Assembly (NCBI GenBank): GCA_050950785.1
Contig: JBMNIG010000021.1
Location: 88,029-152,028, forward strand
Source of the DNA: Eubacteriales bacterium
Lineage (GTDB): Bacteria > Bacillota > Clostridia > Oscillospirales > JAAYOS01
Direction of reading: 5' to 3'
DNA: 64,000 nucleotides
Position numbers and translations under genes: made by a program. Below, piece by piece: positions 48,070 through 57,458 of this stretch (position 1 is its first letter; every line of letters starts with the position of its first letter). The notes beneath the pieces were generated by a model that worked only from the letters and a program-made list of their open reading frames with translations, searched no databases and was not told where the DNA came from.

Positions 48070-48885
48070 TTAGATGTCAAGAATATGTCCGTCTGTCGAT
48101 ATGACAACTACTTGCCAAGGTAGCATTTTGCCACTCATTATAATGGCTTGCTGCACAGCTCTCTCAAGACCACCGCAACACGGCACTTCCATTCTGGCAA
48201 CTGTAACGCTTCTGATGTTGTTGTGCCTTATGATCTCACTCAGCTTCTCTGCGTAATCCCCCTCGTCCAGCTTAGGACAGCCTATGAGAGTAATTTTATT
48301 CTTCATAAACTCACTATGGAAATTTGCATAGGCATAGGCGGTGCAGTCTGCTGCTATAAGTAGCTTGGCTCCGTCAAAATACGGTGCTTTGACAGGCACA
48401 AGCTTTATTTGGACCGGCCACTGGCGCAGCTGAGATTCCTGCGGTGCATTGTTGGATGTCTCCAGAGAAGTATTAACCACATTTCTTCCCCTCTCAAATA
48501 CACGTGCACTTGATCCGGGACAGCCACATGGCAGCGGTGCTTTGCCGCCATCATTGTCATTGTCGTCCTTCGCATGCCCGGCACCTTGCTTGTGTGCGGG
48601 TGTGTCTTCACCTGATTTCACGCCCTTCTGTTCGTCAAGCCTCTGTTTGTTTTTCAAGACTTCTGCTTCATTGAACGGAAGAGCTTCTCTCACTTCAAAG
48701 GAAATTGCACCCGTTGGACAAGTAGGTAGGCAATCTCCTAGTCCGTCGCAGTAATCATCACGCAGTAGCTTTGCCTTTCCGTTTACCATACCTATGGCAC
48801 CTTCGTGGCAGGCATCTACACAAATGCCGCACCCGTTGCAAAGGTCTTCATCAATTTTTATTATTTTTCTAATCACAGGTCTCAC
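48070..48885 (-). CDS. 4Fe-4S dicluster domain protein
   Basis: 271-aa ORF. The N-terminal ferredoxin motifs are CNGCGICVDAC and CDGLGDCLPTCP. It also has a central CGCPGS motif and a conserved C-terminal domain with PCCGG. It is divergent from a Crp/Fnr regulator. Confidence 0.75.
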   Translation of the reverse strand: MRPVIRKIIKIDEDLCNGCGICVDACHEGAIGMVNGKAKLLRDDYCDGLGDCLPTCPTGAISFEVREALPFNEAEVLKNKQRLDEQKGVKSGEDTPAHKQGAGHAKDDNDNDGGKAPLPCGCPGSSARVFERGRNVVNTSLETSNNAPQESQLRQWPVQIKLVPVKAPYFDGAKLLIAADCTAYAYANFHSEFMKNKITLIGCPKLDEGDYAEKLSEIIRHNNIRSVTVARMEVPCCGGLERAVQQAIIMSGKMLPWQVVVISTDGHILDI

Positions 48886-49106
48886 CTCAAAAACTTTTTC
48901 ATTTGTTTGCTGATTTAATTATAATGAACAAACAAAGAAATGTTTGTTGCAATTGCAACGTAATTGTGCTAATATGAATAATATTTATTGTCCCGACAGC
49001 GGAACAACTTGTTAGCAACCTTTGAGTATACAATAATCCATATCTTGATTACAGATTTATTCGTATCTAAAGCATTAAGTAAAATTTTAGAAACGTGGTT
49101 GATAAA

Positions 49107-49925
49107 ATGAGCCAAAAAGATTATAATACGCACAATTATCATAACTCTGAAAATCTATATGATATATCTAACTCTACTATGAGTAAGCCTACTAAGTCTA
49201 TTGATACAGATTCTCATACACAGCCTGAGAGTGTACAACTCAGGCAGTTGATAAACTCGATAGACCATGCCGATATTGCGCTTTTTGACGGGATCGACAG
49301 CAGAAGTTTCAAATCACTTCTCCCCTGTCTAAATGCGGTAATTCGTAGCTATCTAAGGAATGAAGTCGTGTTGATGGCAGGCAGTCGCGCCGAGTGGATA
49401 GGTATTGTCCTTAAAGGGTCTGTGATGATTGTTAGAGAAGATATGTTTGGCAATAGAATAATCGTTGGAAACGCGGAGAAAAATGACATGTTTGCCGAGG
49501 TATACGCCTGTGCTTCTCCTAAGGATATCCCTATTTCAGTGGTTGCTACCGAAGATACCTCGATTCTGTGGATACATTTTCATAAAATTGCATCCACCTG
49601 TTCTTCGTCCTGCGCGTTTCATACAAAGCTGATTGAAAACATGATGAAAATCCTTGCTAATAAGAATATGTTACTAAACCGCAAAATCGATCACCTGTCA
49701 AAGAAGACTATTCGCGCAAAGTTGATGGCTTTTTTGATAGACCAGGCCGAGACCCACAAAAGTCTCACTTTCAATATTCCCTTCAGCAGAAACGAGCTAG
49801 CCGATTATCTGTGCATCGACCGGAGTGCCTTGTCCAGAGAGCTTGGTAAGATGCGCGATGAAGGGCTTTTGGATATGCATCGCAATTCATTTAAGATATT
49901 AAATCGCGAAAGCTTTCTAATGTAA
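49107..49925 (+). CDS. Crp/Fnr-family transcriptional regulator; start codon uncertain
   Basis: The cNMP-binding-like domain starts at about LFDGIDSRSFKSLL. The C-terminal HTH is SRNELADYLCIDRSALSRELGKMRDEG. No clear SD precedes any candidate start (GTG 49095, ATG 49107). Confidence 0.7.
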   Translation: MSQKDYNTHNYHNSENLYDISNSTMSKPTKSIDTDSHTQPESVQLRQLINSIDHADIALFDGIDSRSFKSLLPCLNAVIRSYLRNEVVLMAGSRAEWIGIVLKGSVMIVREDMFGNRIIVGNAEKNDMFAEVYACASPKDIPISVVATEDTSILWIHFHKIASTCSSSCAFHTKLIENMMKILANKNMLLNRKIDHLSKKTIRAKLMAFLIDQAETHKSLTFNIPFSRNELADYLCIDRSALSRELGKMRDEGLLDMHRNSFKILNRESFLM

Positions 49926-49947
49926 ATAATCACTTGAGGTGAAATAT

Positions 49948-50844
49948 ATGCATATTCTTGAGGTTAAAAATTTATCCAAGGGCTTTGGAAAAACACAAGT
50001 AATCAAAAATATTTCATTTACCGTCGAAGAGGGCGAAATCGTCGGATTCGTCGGCCCTAACGGTGCAGGTAAAACCACTACTCTAAAGCTTATTACAGAT
50101 TTGATACGTCCCGATGAGGGAGAAATCATCATCAATGGATACCCTCTTAAGAGACAGCGTGAGGCTGCTCTCGGAAGCCTTGCAGGTATCATCGAAAACC
50201 CTGGATTATATGTAAACCTGACGGGTTATGACAATCTATCCTTTATTGCCAAACTTCGGGGGATATCAAAGGAAAAACTTCAGCGTGCAATAGATATTAC
50301 TGGACTTGGGGATAATATACACCGCCAGGTGCGCAAATACTCACTTGGAATGAAACAGCGCCTTGCGCTCGGTATGTGCCTTATTACCGAGCCGAAGCTG
50401 CTCATCCTCGACGAACCTACAAATGGTCTTGATCCCACAGGAACCATGGAGTTGCGTGAGCTCATGTTAAGAATGGTTAATGAAGAGGGTGTATCGATAC
50501 TGTTTTCCTCCCATATGCTAGGTGAGGTCGAGAAAATTGCAGACAGGGTGCTTTACATAAAAGAAGGGGTCCTTTTAGACAAAACGGTACCGGTTTTTGA
50601 TTCCTACTTCACAATTGCTCTAAACGATCCTTCTGCCGCCGCTGCGCAGCTTGAAAGTGTTGACGGCGTTCTTTCTGCAAAGGTAGAAGGAAAGGATAGA
50701 CTGTCAGTTCATCTTCGCGAAGGCGCACTTTCCGAAGTTCTGAAAGTCCTTACAGAGAAGAACATACCAATACACGACATCACAAAACAGCAAGACGATC
50801 TTGAGATGATTTATAACAGGATCTTCAGGAGTGTCGAGTCATGA
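49948..50844 (+). CDS. ABC transporter ATP-binding protein (ABC-2 subfamily)
   Basis: ORF 49939..50844 trimmed to the ATG at 49948 behind GAGGTG. It has Walker A GPNGAGKTT, signature YSLGMKQR and Walker B LLILDEPTNGLD. Confidence 0.9.
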   Translation: MHILEVKNLSKGFGKTQVIKNISFTVEEGEIVGFVGPNGAGKTTTLKLITDLIRPDEGEIIINGYPLKRQREAALGSLAGIIENPGLYVNLTGYDNLSFIAKLRGISKEKLQRAIDITGLGDNIHRQVRKYSLGMKQRLALGMCLITEPKLLILDEPTNGLDPTGTMELRELMLRMVNEEGVSILFSSHMLGEVEKIADRVLYIKEGVLLDKTVPVFDSYFTIALNDPSAAAAQLESVDGVLSAKVEGKDRLSVHLREGALSEVLKVLTEKNIPIHDITKQQDDLEMIYNRIFRSVES

Positions 50845-52025
50845 GAAAGCTTATTCTTTTTGAGTTGAAAAAGCAGTTCACCTCTGTCAAAAACCTGGTT
50901 GTATGGTTGCTCTTACTTGTTACACTGCTTACATACGGATCTATTAATATGGCAAGAGATTTAAGTTACAGAAAAATGCGCCTTAGCTACGATGGCAGCG
51001 CATGGGATGCATCAATTCAGTTGAATCTGCTCCTTCAAACATATCCTAAAAATCCTCCGGAAAGCATTCAAAAGGCCATGGACCTGTGGCGCAGGGACGC
51101 AGTCTATTCTGCCCAGCAGCGCGTCTTTGCCTCATGGGTAGGTGAGGATCGCTGGCGGGATGTGGTTTTGGCTAACATCAACCGCAATGAGAATATACTA
51201 CAAGGCCTCCAGGAAGGGATCATATCCGGAAAGTCAAAGGCAGAGGGCGGAGTTTCTGAATCCGACTTGATCAATAACATCAATTACAACAAATATTTCT
51301 ATGAAAATGACATAAAGCCACTACGTAATGTCTATCAGATGACCGGTATCAATTTTTTGTATCGCGTCCTTTCAGAACTGATGCCATATCTTGCTGCAGT
51401 TGTGATCTTGCTGTTGTGCAGCGATTGTTTTGCCTCCGAGGTAGACTGGGGCAGCTATAAATTCCTTCTACTTCAGCCCTATCCCCGTAGAAAGTTTTTC
51501 ACCGCCAAGGTATTGTCCAGCCTGCTGCTCGCATTGATCGTAATGGGTAGCTCCCTTACGATCGTGTACGCAATTATGTCCGCACTGAACGGAACCGGGA
51601 GTGCAAATTACCCTATCGCCTTTGATCCTAATGCATTTTCCTCATTCGCAGTAACACCCCAGAGCGAAATATTGGTTTATTTAGGCGCCGGTAAGTTCCT
51701 TCTCTACGCCTTTATACTCTTCCTGCTTTATCTCGTGTTCCTTACTGCGTTTGCATGTCTTGCATCGGTTCTGTCTCAGGAAAGCCTCAACGCTATGACT
51801 GTATCAATAAGCATAATTTTTGCGGCTGCGGTTTTACAATCTCCCATTAGTCGGATGCCACAACTCTCACTTTTCTGGCCATTTTCATACGGAAATGCGG
51901 TTACAGTGATGACCGGGAGCGCTGCCGGTTCAATGCTTGCGGGCTTTATAGTGTTTGCCTGTGTCAGCGTGTTGTTGGTGCTGATAAGCCGCATCATCTT
52001 TAACAAAAAAGACATCATCTGCTAA
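50841..52025 (+). CDS. ABC-2 type transporter permease (paralogue 1)
   Basis: 394-aa ORF whose start overlaps the ATPase stop (ATGA). It has an N-terminal TM, a large extracytoplasmic domain and then 5 TM segments. It shares GSYKFLLLQP and the C-terminal ..KKDIIC with the next gene. Confidence 0.7.
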   Translation: MRKLILFELKKQFTSVKNLVVWLLLLVTLLTYGSINMARDLSYRKMRLSYDGSAWDASIQLNLLLQTYPKNPPESIQKAMDLWRRDAVYSAQQRVFASWVGEDRWRDVVLANINRNENILQGLQEGIISGKSKAEGGVSESDLINNINYNKYFYENDIKPLRNVYQMTGINFLYRVLSELMPYLAAVVILLLCSDCFASEVDWGSYKFLLLQPYPRRKFFTAKVLSSLLLALIVMGSSLTIVYAIMSALNGTGSANYPIAFDPNAFSSFAVTPQSEILVYLGAGKFLLYAFILFLLYLVFLTAFACLASVLSQESLNAMTVSISIIFAAAVLQSPISRMPQLSLFWPFSYGNAVTVMTGSAAGSMLAGFIVFACVSVLLVLISRIIFNKKDIIC

Positions 52026-52039
52026 ATCGGGAGGTCAAC

Positions 52040-53446
52040 ATGGGTCAGTTAATCCTGTTTGAAGTAAAGAAAGCAATAAAGAGTAGAAAAAACCGGATCG
52101 TCCTGGTCATATACTTCATACTTATTGCATCTATGATATTTACCAAAATTGACGAGGGATCGGCTAAGAGGACTGAAACCATCAATAACTGCCTGTTCCT
52201 GCAGGACTACTACAATCTTGACTCCGCAACCTACGGAAACCGGGCAGACCTATATGATTCACCTCTATTCAGGATCTATGCCGACAACGCCGCTGTTCGG
52301 GCTGAATATTATGGGCGTAAGGCGAACGCTTTGCTAAACCGCGACGTGTACGCAGAGCTCGAAGCTGATATTTCGCACTATACCAATGAGCTGACCTTTT
52401 ATACTAAGGATGTCGAGGAAATAGTTGAACGCGGGGAGCTCCTCAAAGGTCTTCCCTCTCGATATATGGACTATCCGTACCGTCTCCTTTCTTCAACAGA
52501 CGCAAGAAAGAATATTGTTGAATATTATCAGCTGCAGCTCGACTTTTTGACTTCACTGCGGGATAATGGGATCACGCCCATGTCCCATTATGATATGACG
52601 GGATTTGCATTTCTCTATACAGCATTCAATGAGCTGTTACCTCCAATCGCGCTTCTAATTGCTCTGTTGGTACTTTCCGACATAGTTTCAGGTGAATCGG
52701 ACTCGGGAAGCTTTAAGTTTCTCCTTCTTCAACCGATGTCAAGAGGTAGAGTGATAATAGCAAAGGCTGCCTCGGCCTTCATAATCATACTTATGTGGTT
52801 GCTTATTCCACTGCTTGTCACATTCCTGATAGTAGGACTTATCAACGGATTTGGAGATCCGGCATACCCTGTTCTCTATCTTAATGATTCCTTTTCGTCC
52901 ATATTCGCACCTGCAGCAGCTCCCAACTATGACAGTTCCTATCTTAGCAGGGACTTCTATAGATTTGTAAGTTGGGAGAGGGATATGGCCTTTTCCGGAT
53001 TGGAATACAGGCATGGCAATTTCTATTTAGGATACAGCAAATACGCTTCAAAAAACGGCAACTTTATATTTTTTGCACTGCCTAACGCAGAGTTGAACTT
53101 GGTGCCAATCGGTATTTTTATTTTGATGTGCCTTGTTCCTATAGCTCTGTATACTATATTTGCTGCAACGCTAGCCGTATTTGTCTCTACTTTGGCTCGG
53201 AAGGGCATTATCTCGATAGTATTAGGGACCTTATTAGGCATATTTTTCACAATATACACCGTATATCCTGAAAGTTTTAGCTTAGTCACAGCACTGCTTC
53301 CGCTTACATACAAAAACCCGGTGGCACTATTGTCGGGGTTAGGCGGCGCCACCGTACTATTTGGTATATTTGTGCTTGCCTTCTTCTCCTTACTGCTGTT
53401 GATCATAAGCGGTGTTATCTTTAAGAAGCGGGATATCATATGCTAA
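52040..53446 (+). CDS. ABC-2 type transporter permease (paralogue 2)
   Basis: 468-aa ORF with RBS GGGAGG. It has the same architecture as the preceding gene (GSFKFLLLQP, C-terminal ..KRDIIC). Confidence 0.7.
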   Translation: MGQLILFEVKKAIKSRKNRIVLVIYFILIASMIFTKIDEGSAKRTETINNCLFLQDYYNLDSATYGNRADLYDSPLFRIYADNAAVRAEYYGRKANALLNRDVYAELEADISHYTNELTFYTKDVEEIVERGELLKGLPSRYMDYPYRLLSSTDARKNIVEYYQLQLDFLTSLRDNGITPMSHYDMTGFAFLYTAFNELLPPIALLIALLVLSDIVSGESDSGSFKFLLLQPMSRGRVIIAKAASAFIIILMWLLIPLLVTFLIVGLINGFGDPAYPVLYLNDSFSSIFAPAAAPNYDSSYLSRDFYRFVSWERDMAFSGLEYRHGNFYLGYSKYASKNGNFIFFALPNAELNLVPIGIFILMCLVPIALYTIFAATLAVFVSTLARKGIISIVLGTLLGIFFTIYTVYPESFSLVTALLPLTYKNPVALLSGLGGATVLFGIFVLAFFSLLLLIISGVIFKKRDIIC

Positions 53447-53536
53447 GAGCGAAACCTTCAATGACAGACTCCCCCTATAGTGAATTTGCATAATGTATTA
53501 TCGTGCTAAAGCATTAAATTTCTATATTATTTATAA

Positions 53537-53566
53537 TTGACAGCGGATTACTTACTGTGATAGAAT
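53537..53566 (+). promoter_or_regulatory. Possible sigma-A promoter of the ilv-leu leader
   Basis: TTGACA (53537-53542), an 18-nt spacer, then TAGAAT (53561-53566). It lies upstream of the first Stem I module. Confidence 0.35.
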
Positions 53567-53606
53567 TACGCCCAATATCATCTAAATACATCCATTAAGC
53601 TTAAAT

Positions 53607-54027
53607 GCGTTGATCGGGACGAGTAAAAGCGGTCTACATTTCAGAGAGTCGCCGGGTGGTGCAAGGCGATATGTGTCCGTTTTGAAAATCACCCGTGAGC
53701 TGTTGACCGAAAGCAGAATATTCCAAATACGTTGAACGGGCTAAGTAGTTCCGTAGGATATCAGAGAACCGCCGGATGGTGCGAGGCGGCTATCCGAAAG
53801 AATGAACCTCACCCGGGAGTAGTTGGCTGAAAGATGAAAATTTTACTGGTCGAGTAGGTCATACCGGATACCCACCGTTATAGGGGTCGCGCGTTAAAAC
53901 GGCTTTGCCGGGAGATGCGTTTGAGGTGGTCGAAATAATTGTACCCATATGTACAATAAATCGGCAACAAGAGTGGTACCGCAGAGGATAAAACCTTTGT
54001 CTCTTGAATGAGGCAAAGGTTTTTTTG
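53607..54027 (+). promoter_or_regulatory. T-box leader with two tandem Stem I modules and one antiterminator/terminator
   Basis: Module 1 (53607-53700): AGAGAG at 53643-53648, distal loop GGUGCAA, specifier AUC at 53688-53690 followed by A. Module 2 (53730-53822): AGAGA at 53763-53767, GGUGCGA, specifier CUC at 53808-53810 followed by A. Downstream parts: F-box CCGUUA 53875-53880, Stem III hairpin 53938-53955 and T-box sequence AAGAGUGGUACCGCAG 53969-53984. The terminator stem is 53991-54003/54010-54022 with a U7 tract. Confidence 0.85.
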
Positions 54028-54069
54028 TTTAATACATAGCCATTAAATATTTTTCAGGAGGTTCTATAC

Positions 54070-55740
54070 ATGTTGCTGACAGGTGCGGAGATATTGATCG
54101 AAACCCTTATCGAACAAGGTGTCGACACAATTTTCGGATACCCCGGAGGGGCTGTCCTCAATATTTATGACGTGCTATACGACAAAAGCAAGCAAATCAA
54201 CCATATTCTCACTGCACATGAACAGGGAGCTGCACATGCAGCAGACGGTTATGCGCGGGCAACCGGAAAAACCGGAGTTGTAATAGCCACTTCCGGTCCC
54301 GGCGCCACCAACTTAGTAACAGGAATCGCTACAGCTTATATGGATTCGGTACCAATGATTGCAATCACGGGGAATGTCTCCACCGAGCTTATTGGGAGGG
54401 ACAGCTTCCAAGAAGTCTTTATCACGGGAATAACCATGCCCATAACAAAACACAACTTTTTTGTGACCGAAGTTGAAGAACTTGCAGATACAGTAAGGAA
54501 AGCGTTTCAAATTGCTAACAAAGGCAGACCAGGACCGGTTCTAATCGATATTCCAAAGGATGTCACCGCTCAAAAATGCGAGTTCACACCGAGAGCCAAG
54601 CTTAAAGTTGAATGCCCCAATCAGTTCGAGGAAGAAAGCGTTGAACTTGCAGCAAAGCACATAAATCAAAGCCAAAAACCACTTATCTATATCGGCGGCG
54701 GTGTAATATCTTCAGGAGCATCATCCCTTGTACGGGAATTGGCCGAGAAATCCAATATACCGGTCTGTTGTTCCATGATGGGATTGGGCGCTATGCCCTT
54801 TGATCATCCCAACAACCTAGGTATGATCGGTATGCACGGAAAGGTAGCGGCATCATTGGCTGCAAAATCTTGCGATCTGCTCATCGCCATAGGTGCCCGT
54901 TTTTCCGATCGTGTGGCAACCAAAGCAGGTAGTTTTGCACCGGATTCCTTCTGCATCCATATCGACATCGACCCTGCCGAAATCGGAAAAAACAGAGCGG
55001 TCGATCTCGATATCGTTGGCAACACATTTGACATTCTTTCGAAATTGACTCCCTTGGTGGAAAACACTCAGAGAGGGGCTTGGTTTGATACAGTCAATGA
55101 TTGGAAAAGCAAATTTGACAACATTCCAAGAAGTAACGATAGCAGTAATAATGTGCGGCCGTGGACTTTACTTGAGGAAATATCAAAGCGAGTTGGCGGA
55201 AACGAAATAATCGTAACAGACGTCGGGCAACACCAGATGTGGACAGCACAATACTACCCCTTTTCCTCTCCCAGAAGTCTGCTGACCTCCGGCGGACTAG
55301 GAACGATGGGCTATGGTCTTGGTGCGGCGATCGGAGCAAAAGTCGCACAGCCGGATAAACGAGTAATTTTGTTTATCGGCGACGGGGGTTTCCATATGAA
55401 TATGAACGAGCTGTGTACTCTCGTCAGCTACGACTTACCGATAACAGTGTTTGTTATGAACAATTCAGTTTTGGGAATGGTCCGCCAGTGGCAGTCTTAT
55501 TTCTACGACAATCGATATTCATGTACGACCCTCAATAGAAAGACCGATTATGTAAAGCTGGCCGAAGCATTTGGGGCCAAGGGCTTTCGCATAACATCCA
55601 ACGCCGATATGACCCAAGTCCTTGACCAGGTGTTTTCATACAACGGGCCCTGCGTAGTTGACTGCGTGATCGACCGGGACGAAAAGGTCGTCCCAATGAT
55701 CCCGTCAGGTAAGACGGTTGACGATATCATTATTGAGTGA
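54070..55740 (+). CDS. ilvB: Acetolactate synthase, large (catalytic) subunit
   Basis: 556-aa ORF with RBS AGGAGG. Its ThDP-enzyme motifs are GYPGGAVLNIYD, GPGATNLVTGIA and GGLGTMGYGLGAAIGAK..GDGGFHMN. Confidence 0.95.
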   Translation: MLLTGAEILIETLIEQGVDTIFGYPGGAVLNIYDVLYDKSKQINHILTAHEQGAAHAADGYARATGKTGVVIATSGPGATNLVTGIATAYMDSVPMIAITGNVSTELIGRDSFQEVFITGITMPITKHNFFVTEVEELADTVRKAFQIANKGRPGPVLIDIPKDVTAQKCEFTPRAKLKVECPNQFEEESVELAAKHINQSQKPLIYIGGGVISSGASSLVRELAEKSNIPVCCSMMGLGAMPFDHPNNLGMIGMHGKVAASLAAKSCDLLIAIGARFSDRVATKAGSFAPDSFCIHIDIDPAEIGKNRAVDLDIVGNTFDILSKLTPLVENTQRGAWFDTVNDWKSKFDNIPRSNDSSNNVRPWTLLEEISKRVGGNEIIVTDVGQHQMWTAQYYPFSSPRSLLTSGGLGTMGYGLGAAIGAKVAQPDKRVILFIGDGGFHMNMNELCTLVSYDLPITVFVMNNSVLGMVRQWQSYFYDNRYSCTTLNRKTDYVKLAEAFGAKGFRITSNADMTQVLDQVFSYNGPCVVDCVIDRDEKVVPMIPSGKTVDDIIIE

Positions 55741-55775
55741 GCTACTCATTTTCATTAATTTCAGGAGGTGTTTAG

Positions 55776-56291
55776 ATGCTAGAACAATTCGTCCTGTCCG
55801 TAATAGTTGACAATCATGCGGGTGTACTTGCAAGAGTATCAAGCCTTTTTAGTAGGCGAAATTTCAATATTGATTCACTTACTGTTAGTGCTACTGATTT
55901 CCCGGAAATTTCACGCATTACCATAGTTGTCAAAGGGGATGCCTACACTTTGGACCAAATCACAAAGCAGCTATTGAAGCTCCAAGAGGTCAAAAAAGTG
56001 GAACGCCTTTTCCCGGAAAACTCTCTATTTCGTGAGTTGCTATTGCTCAAAATCAACGCCCCGGTCGAATCCCGCTCACCGATAAAAGATGCCGTAGAAA
56101 TCTACAGAGCCAAGATCCTTGACATGTCACCCGTTACGATGATCATTGAGCTTACCGGTCAACAGAGCAAGATTGACGCATTTCTTGAGATCATGGAACC
56201 ATTCGGTATCGTTGAGATGTGCCGAACCGGAATTACGGCCATGGAAAGAGGCATGTCAACAATTTATGATCCCAGCACTATTACCGACTGA
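55776..56291 (+). CDS. ilvN: Acetolactate synthase, small (regulatory) subunit
   Basis: 171-aa ORF. The ACT domain reads LSVIVDNHAGVLARVSSLFSRRNFNIDSLTV. It lies directly after ilvB. Confidence 0.9.
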   Translation: MLEQFVLSVIVDNHAGVLARVSSLFSRRNFNIDSLTVSATDFPEISRITIVVKGDAYTLDQITKQLLKLQEVKKVERLFPENSLFRELLLLKINAPVESRSPIKDAVEIYRAKILDMSPVTMIIELTGQQSKIDAFLEIMEPFGIVEMCRTGITAMERGMSTIYDPSTITD

Positions 56292-56451
56292 ATCAGACCG
56301 AGTTAATTTGTTTGAAACCGAGTGACGAATGAAAATTCAATAGAAAAAGTCACCTCATTAAAGGCGAAATATCAAAACTTTCAAACCTAAGACCTTAATA
56401 CAAGAACGCAAAACTTTTATTAAATCAACTAACGAAAGGAAAGACGGACAC

Positions 56452-57444
56452 ATGAAGATGTATTACGACAGTGACTGCAACAGCACATTACTAAACGGCA
56501 AGACGGTTGCCGTAATCGGTTATGGCAGCCAAGGCCATGCGCACGCGCAAAACTTGAAGGACAGTGGCGTAAACACGATCGTAGGTCTGAAAGCATCATC
56601 CTCAAGAGTAGAGGTTGCTCGCAAGGACGGATTTGACGTTTATGAGACATCCGAGGCAGCAGCTCGCGCAGATATCATCATGGTGCTTGTTCCCGACCAA
56701 GTCCAGCCCGAGGTCTATCAAGAGAGTATTCGTCCACACCTAACAGAAGGAAAGGTCTTGATGTTTGCACATGGGTTTGCAATACATTTCGACCAGATCG
56801 TGCCACCGACAAATGTTGACGTGATAATGGTGGCTCCAAAAGGACCCGGCCACACCGTCCGCTCCCAATACCAAGAAGGTAGGGGCGTACCATCACTCAT
56901 CGCGGTCCACCAGGATGCTTCCGGCAAAGCAAAGGAGTACGCACTCGCTTATGCTTCCGCAATCGGAGCGGGTAAGGCGGGTATCCTCGAAACGACTTTC
57001 CGTGAGGAAACGGAGACAGACCTCTTTGGAGAGCAGGCAGTCCTTTGCGGTGGTGTTACCGAACTTATGAAAGCTGGCTTTGATACTCTGGTTGAAGCAG
57101 GTTACTCTCCAGAAATGGCATACTTCGAATGCGTCCATGAAATGAAGCTGATCGTAGATCTGATAAACAGCGGCGGATTTTCGTTTATGCGCTATTCCGT
57201 CAGCGACACTGCCGAATACGGTGATTACGTGAGCGGACGCAGAGTTATCACGGAAGAGACCAGAAAGGAAATGAAAAAAATCCTGCATGACGTACAAAGC
57301 GGCAAGTTTGCCTCCCAATGGTTGGTTGAAAACAGATCCGCAGGTCGTGCTAACTTCCTTGCCATGCGGCGAATGGAAGCGACTCATCCCGTTGAGACCG
57401 TTGGAGCAAAGCTTCGTGGCATGATGAGCTGGCTCAAAAAGTAG
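56452..57444 (+). CDS. ilvC: Ketol-acid reductoisomerase (class I)
   Basis: 330-aa ORF with the motifs [30 protein letters not shown] and [12 protein letters not shown]. Confidence 0.95.
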   Translation: MKMYYDSDCNSTLLNGKTVAVIGYGSQGHAHAQNLKDSGVNTIVGLKASSSRVEVARKDGFDVYETSEAAARADIIMVLVPDQVQPEVYQESIRPHLTEGKVLMFAHGFAIHFDQIVPPTNVDVIMVAPKGPGHTVRSQYQEGRGVPSLIAVHQDASGKAKEYALAYASAIGAGKAGILETTFREETETDLFGEQAVLCGGVTELMKAGFDTLVEAGYSPEMAYFECVHEMKLIVDLINSGGFSFMRYSVSDTAEYGDYVSGRRVITEETRKEMKKILHDVQSGKFASQWLVENRSAGRANFLAMRRMEATHPVETVGAKLRGMMSWLKK

Positions 57445-57458
57445 CAGGGTGTAGTGAT

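Noticed and set aside
53845-53935. A possible third Stem I / specifier module in the T-box leader
   Set aside because: It has no AGAGA bulge or GGUGNRA distal loop. It contains the F-box CCGUUA, so it fits the Stem II / IIA-B region of a single expression platform instead.
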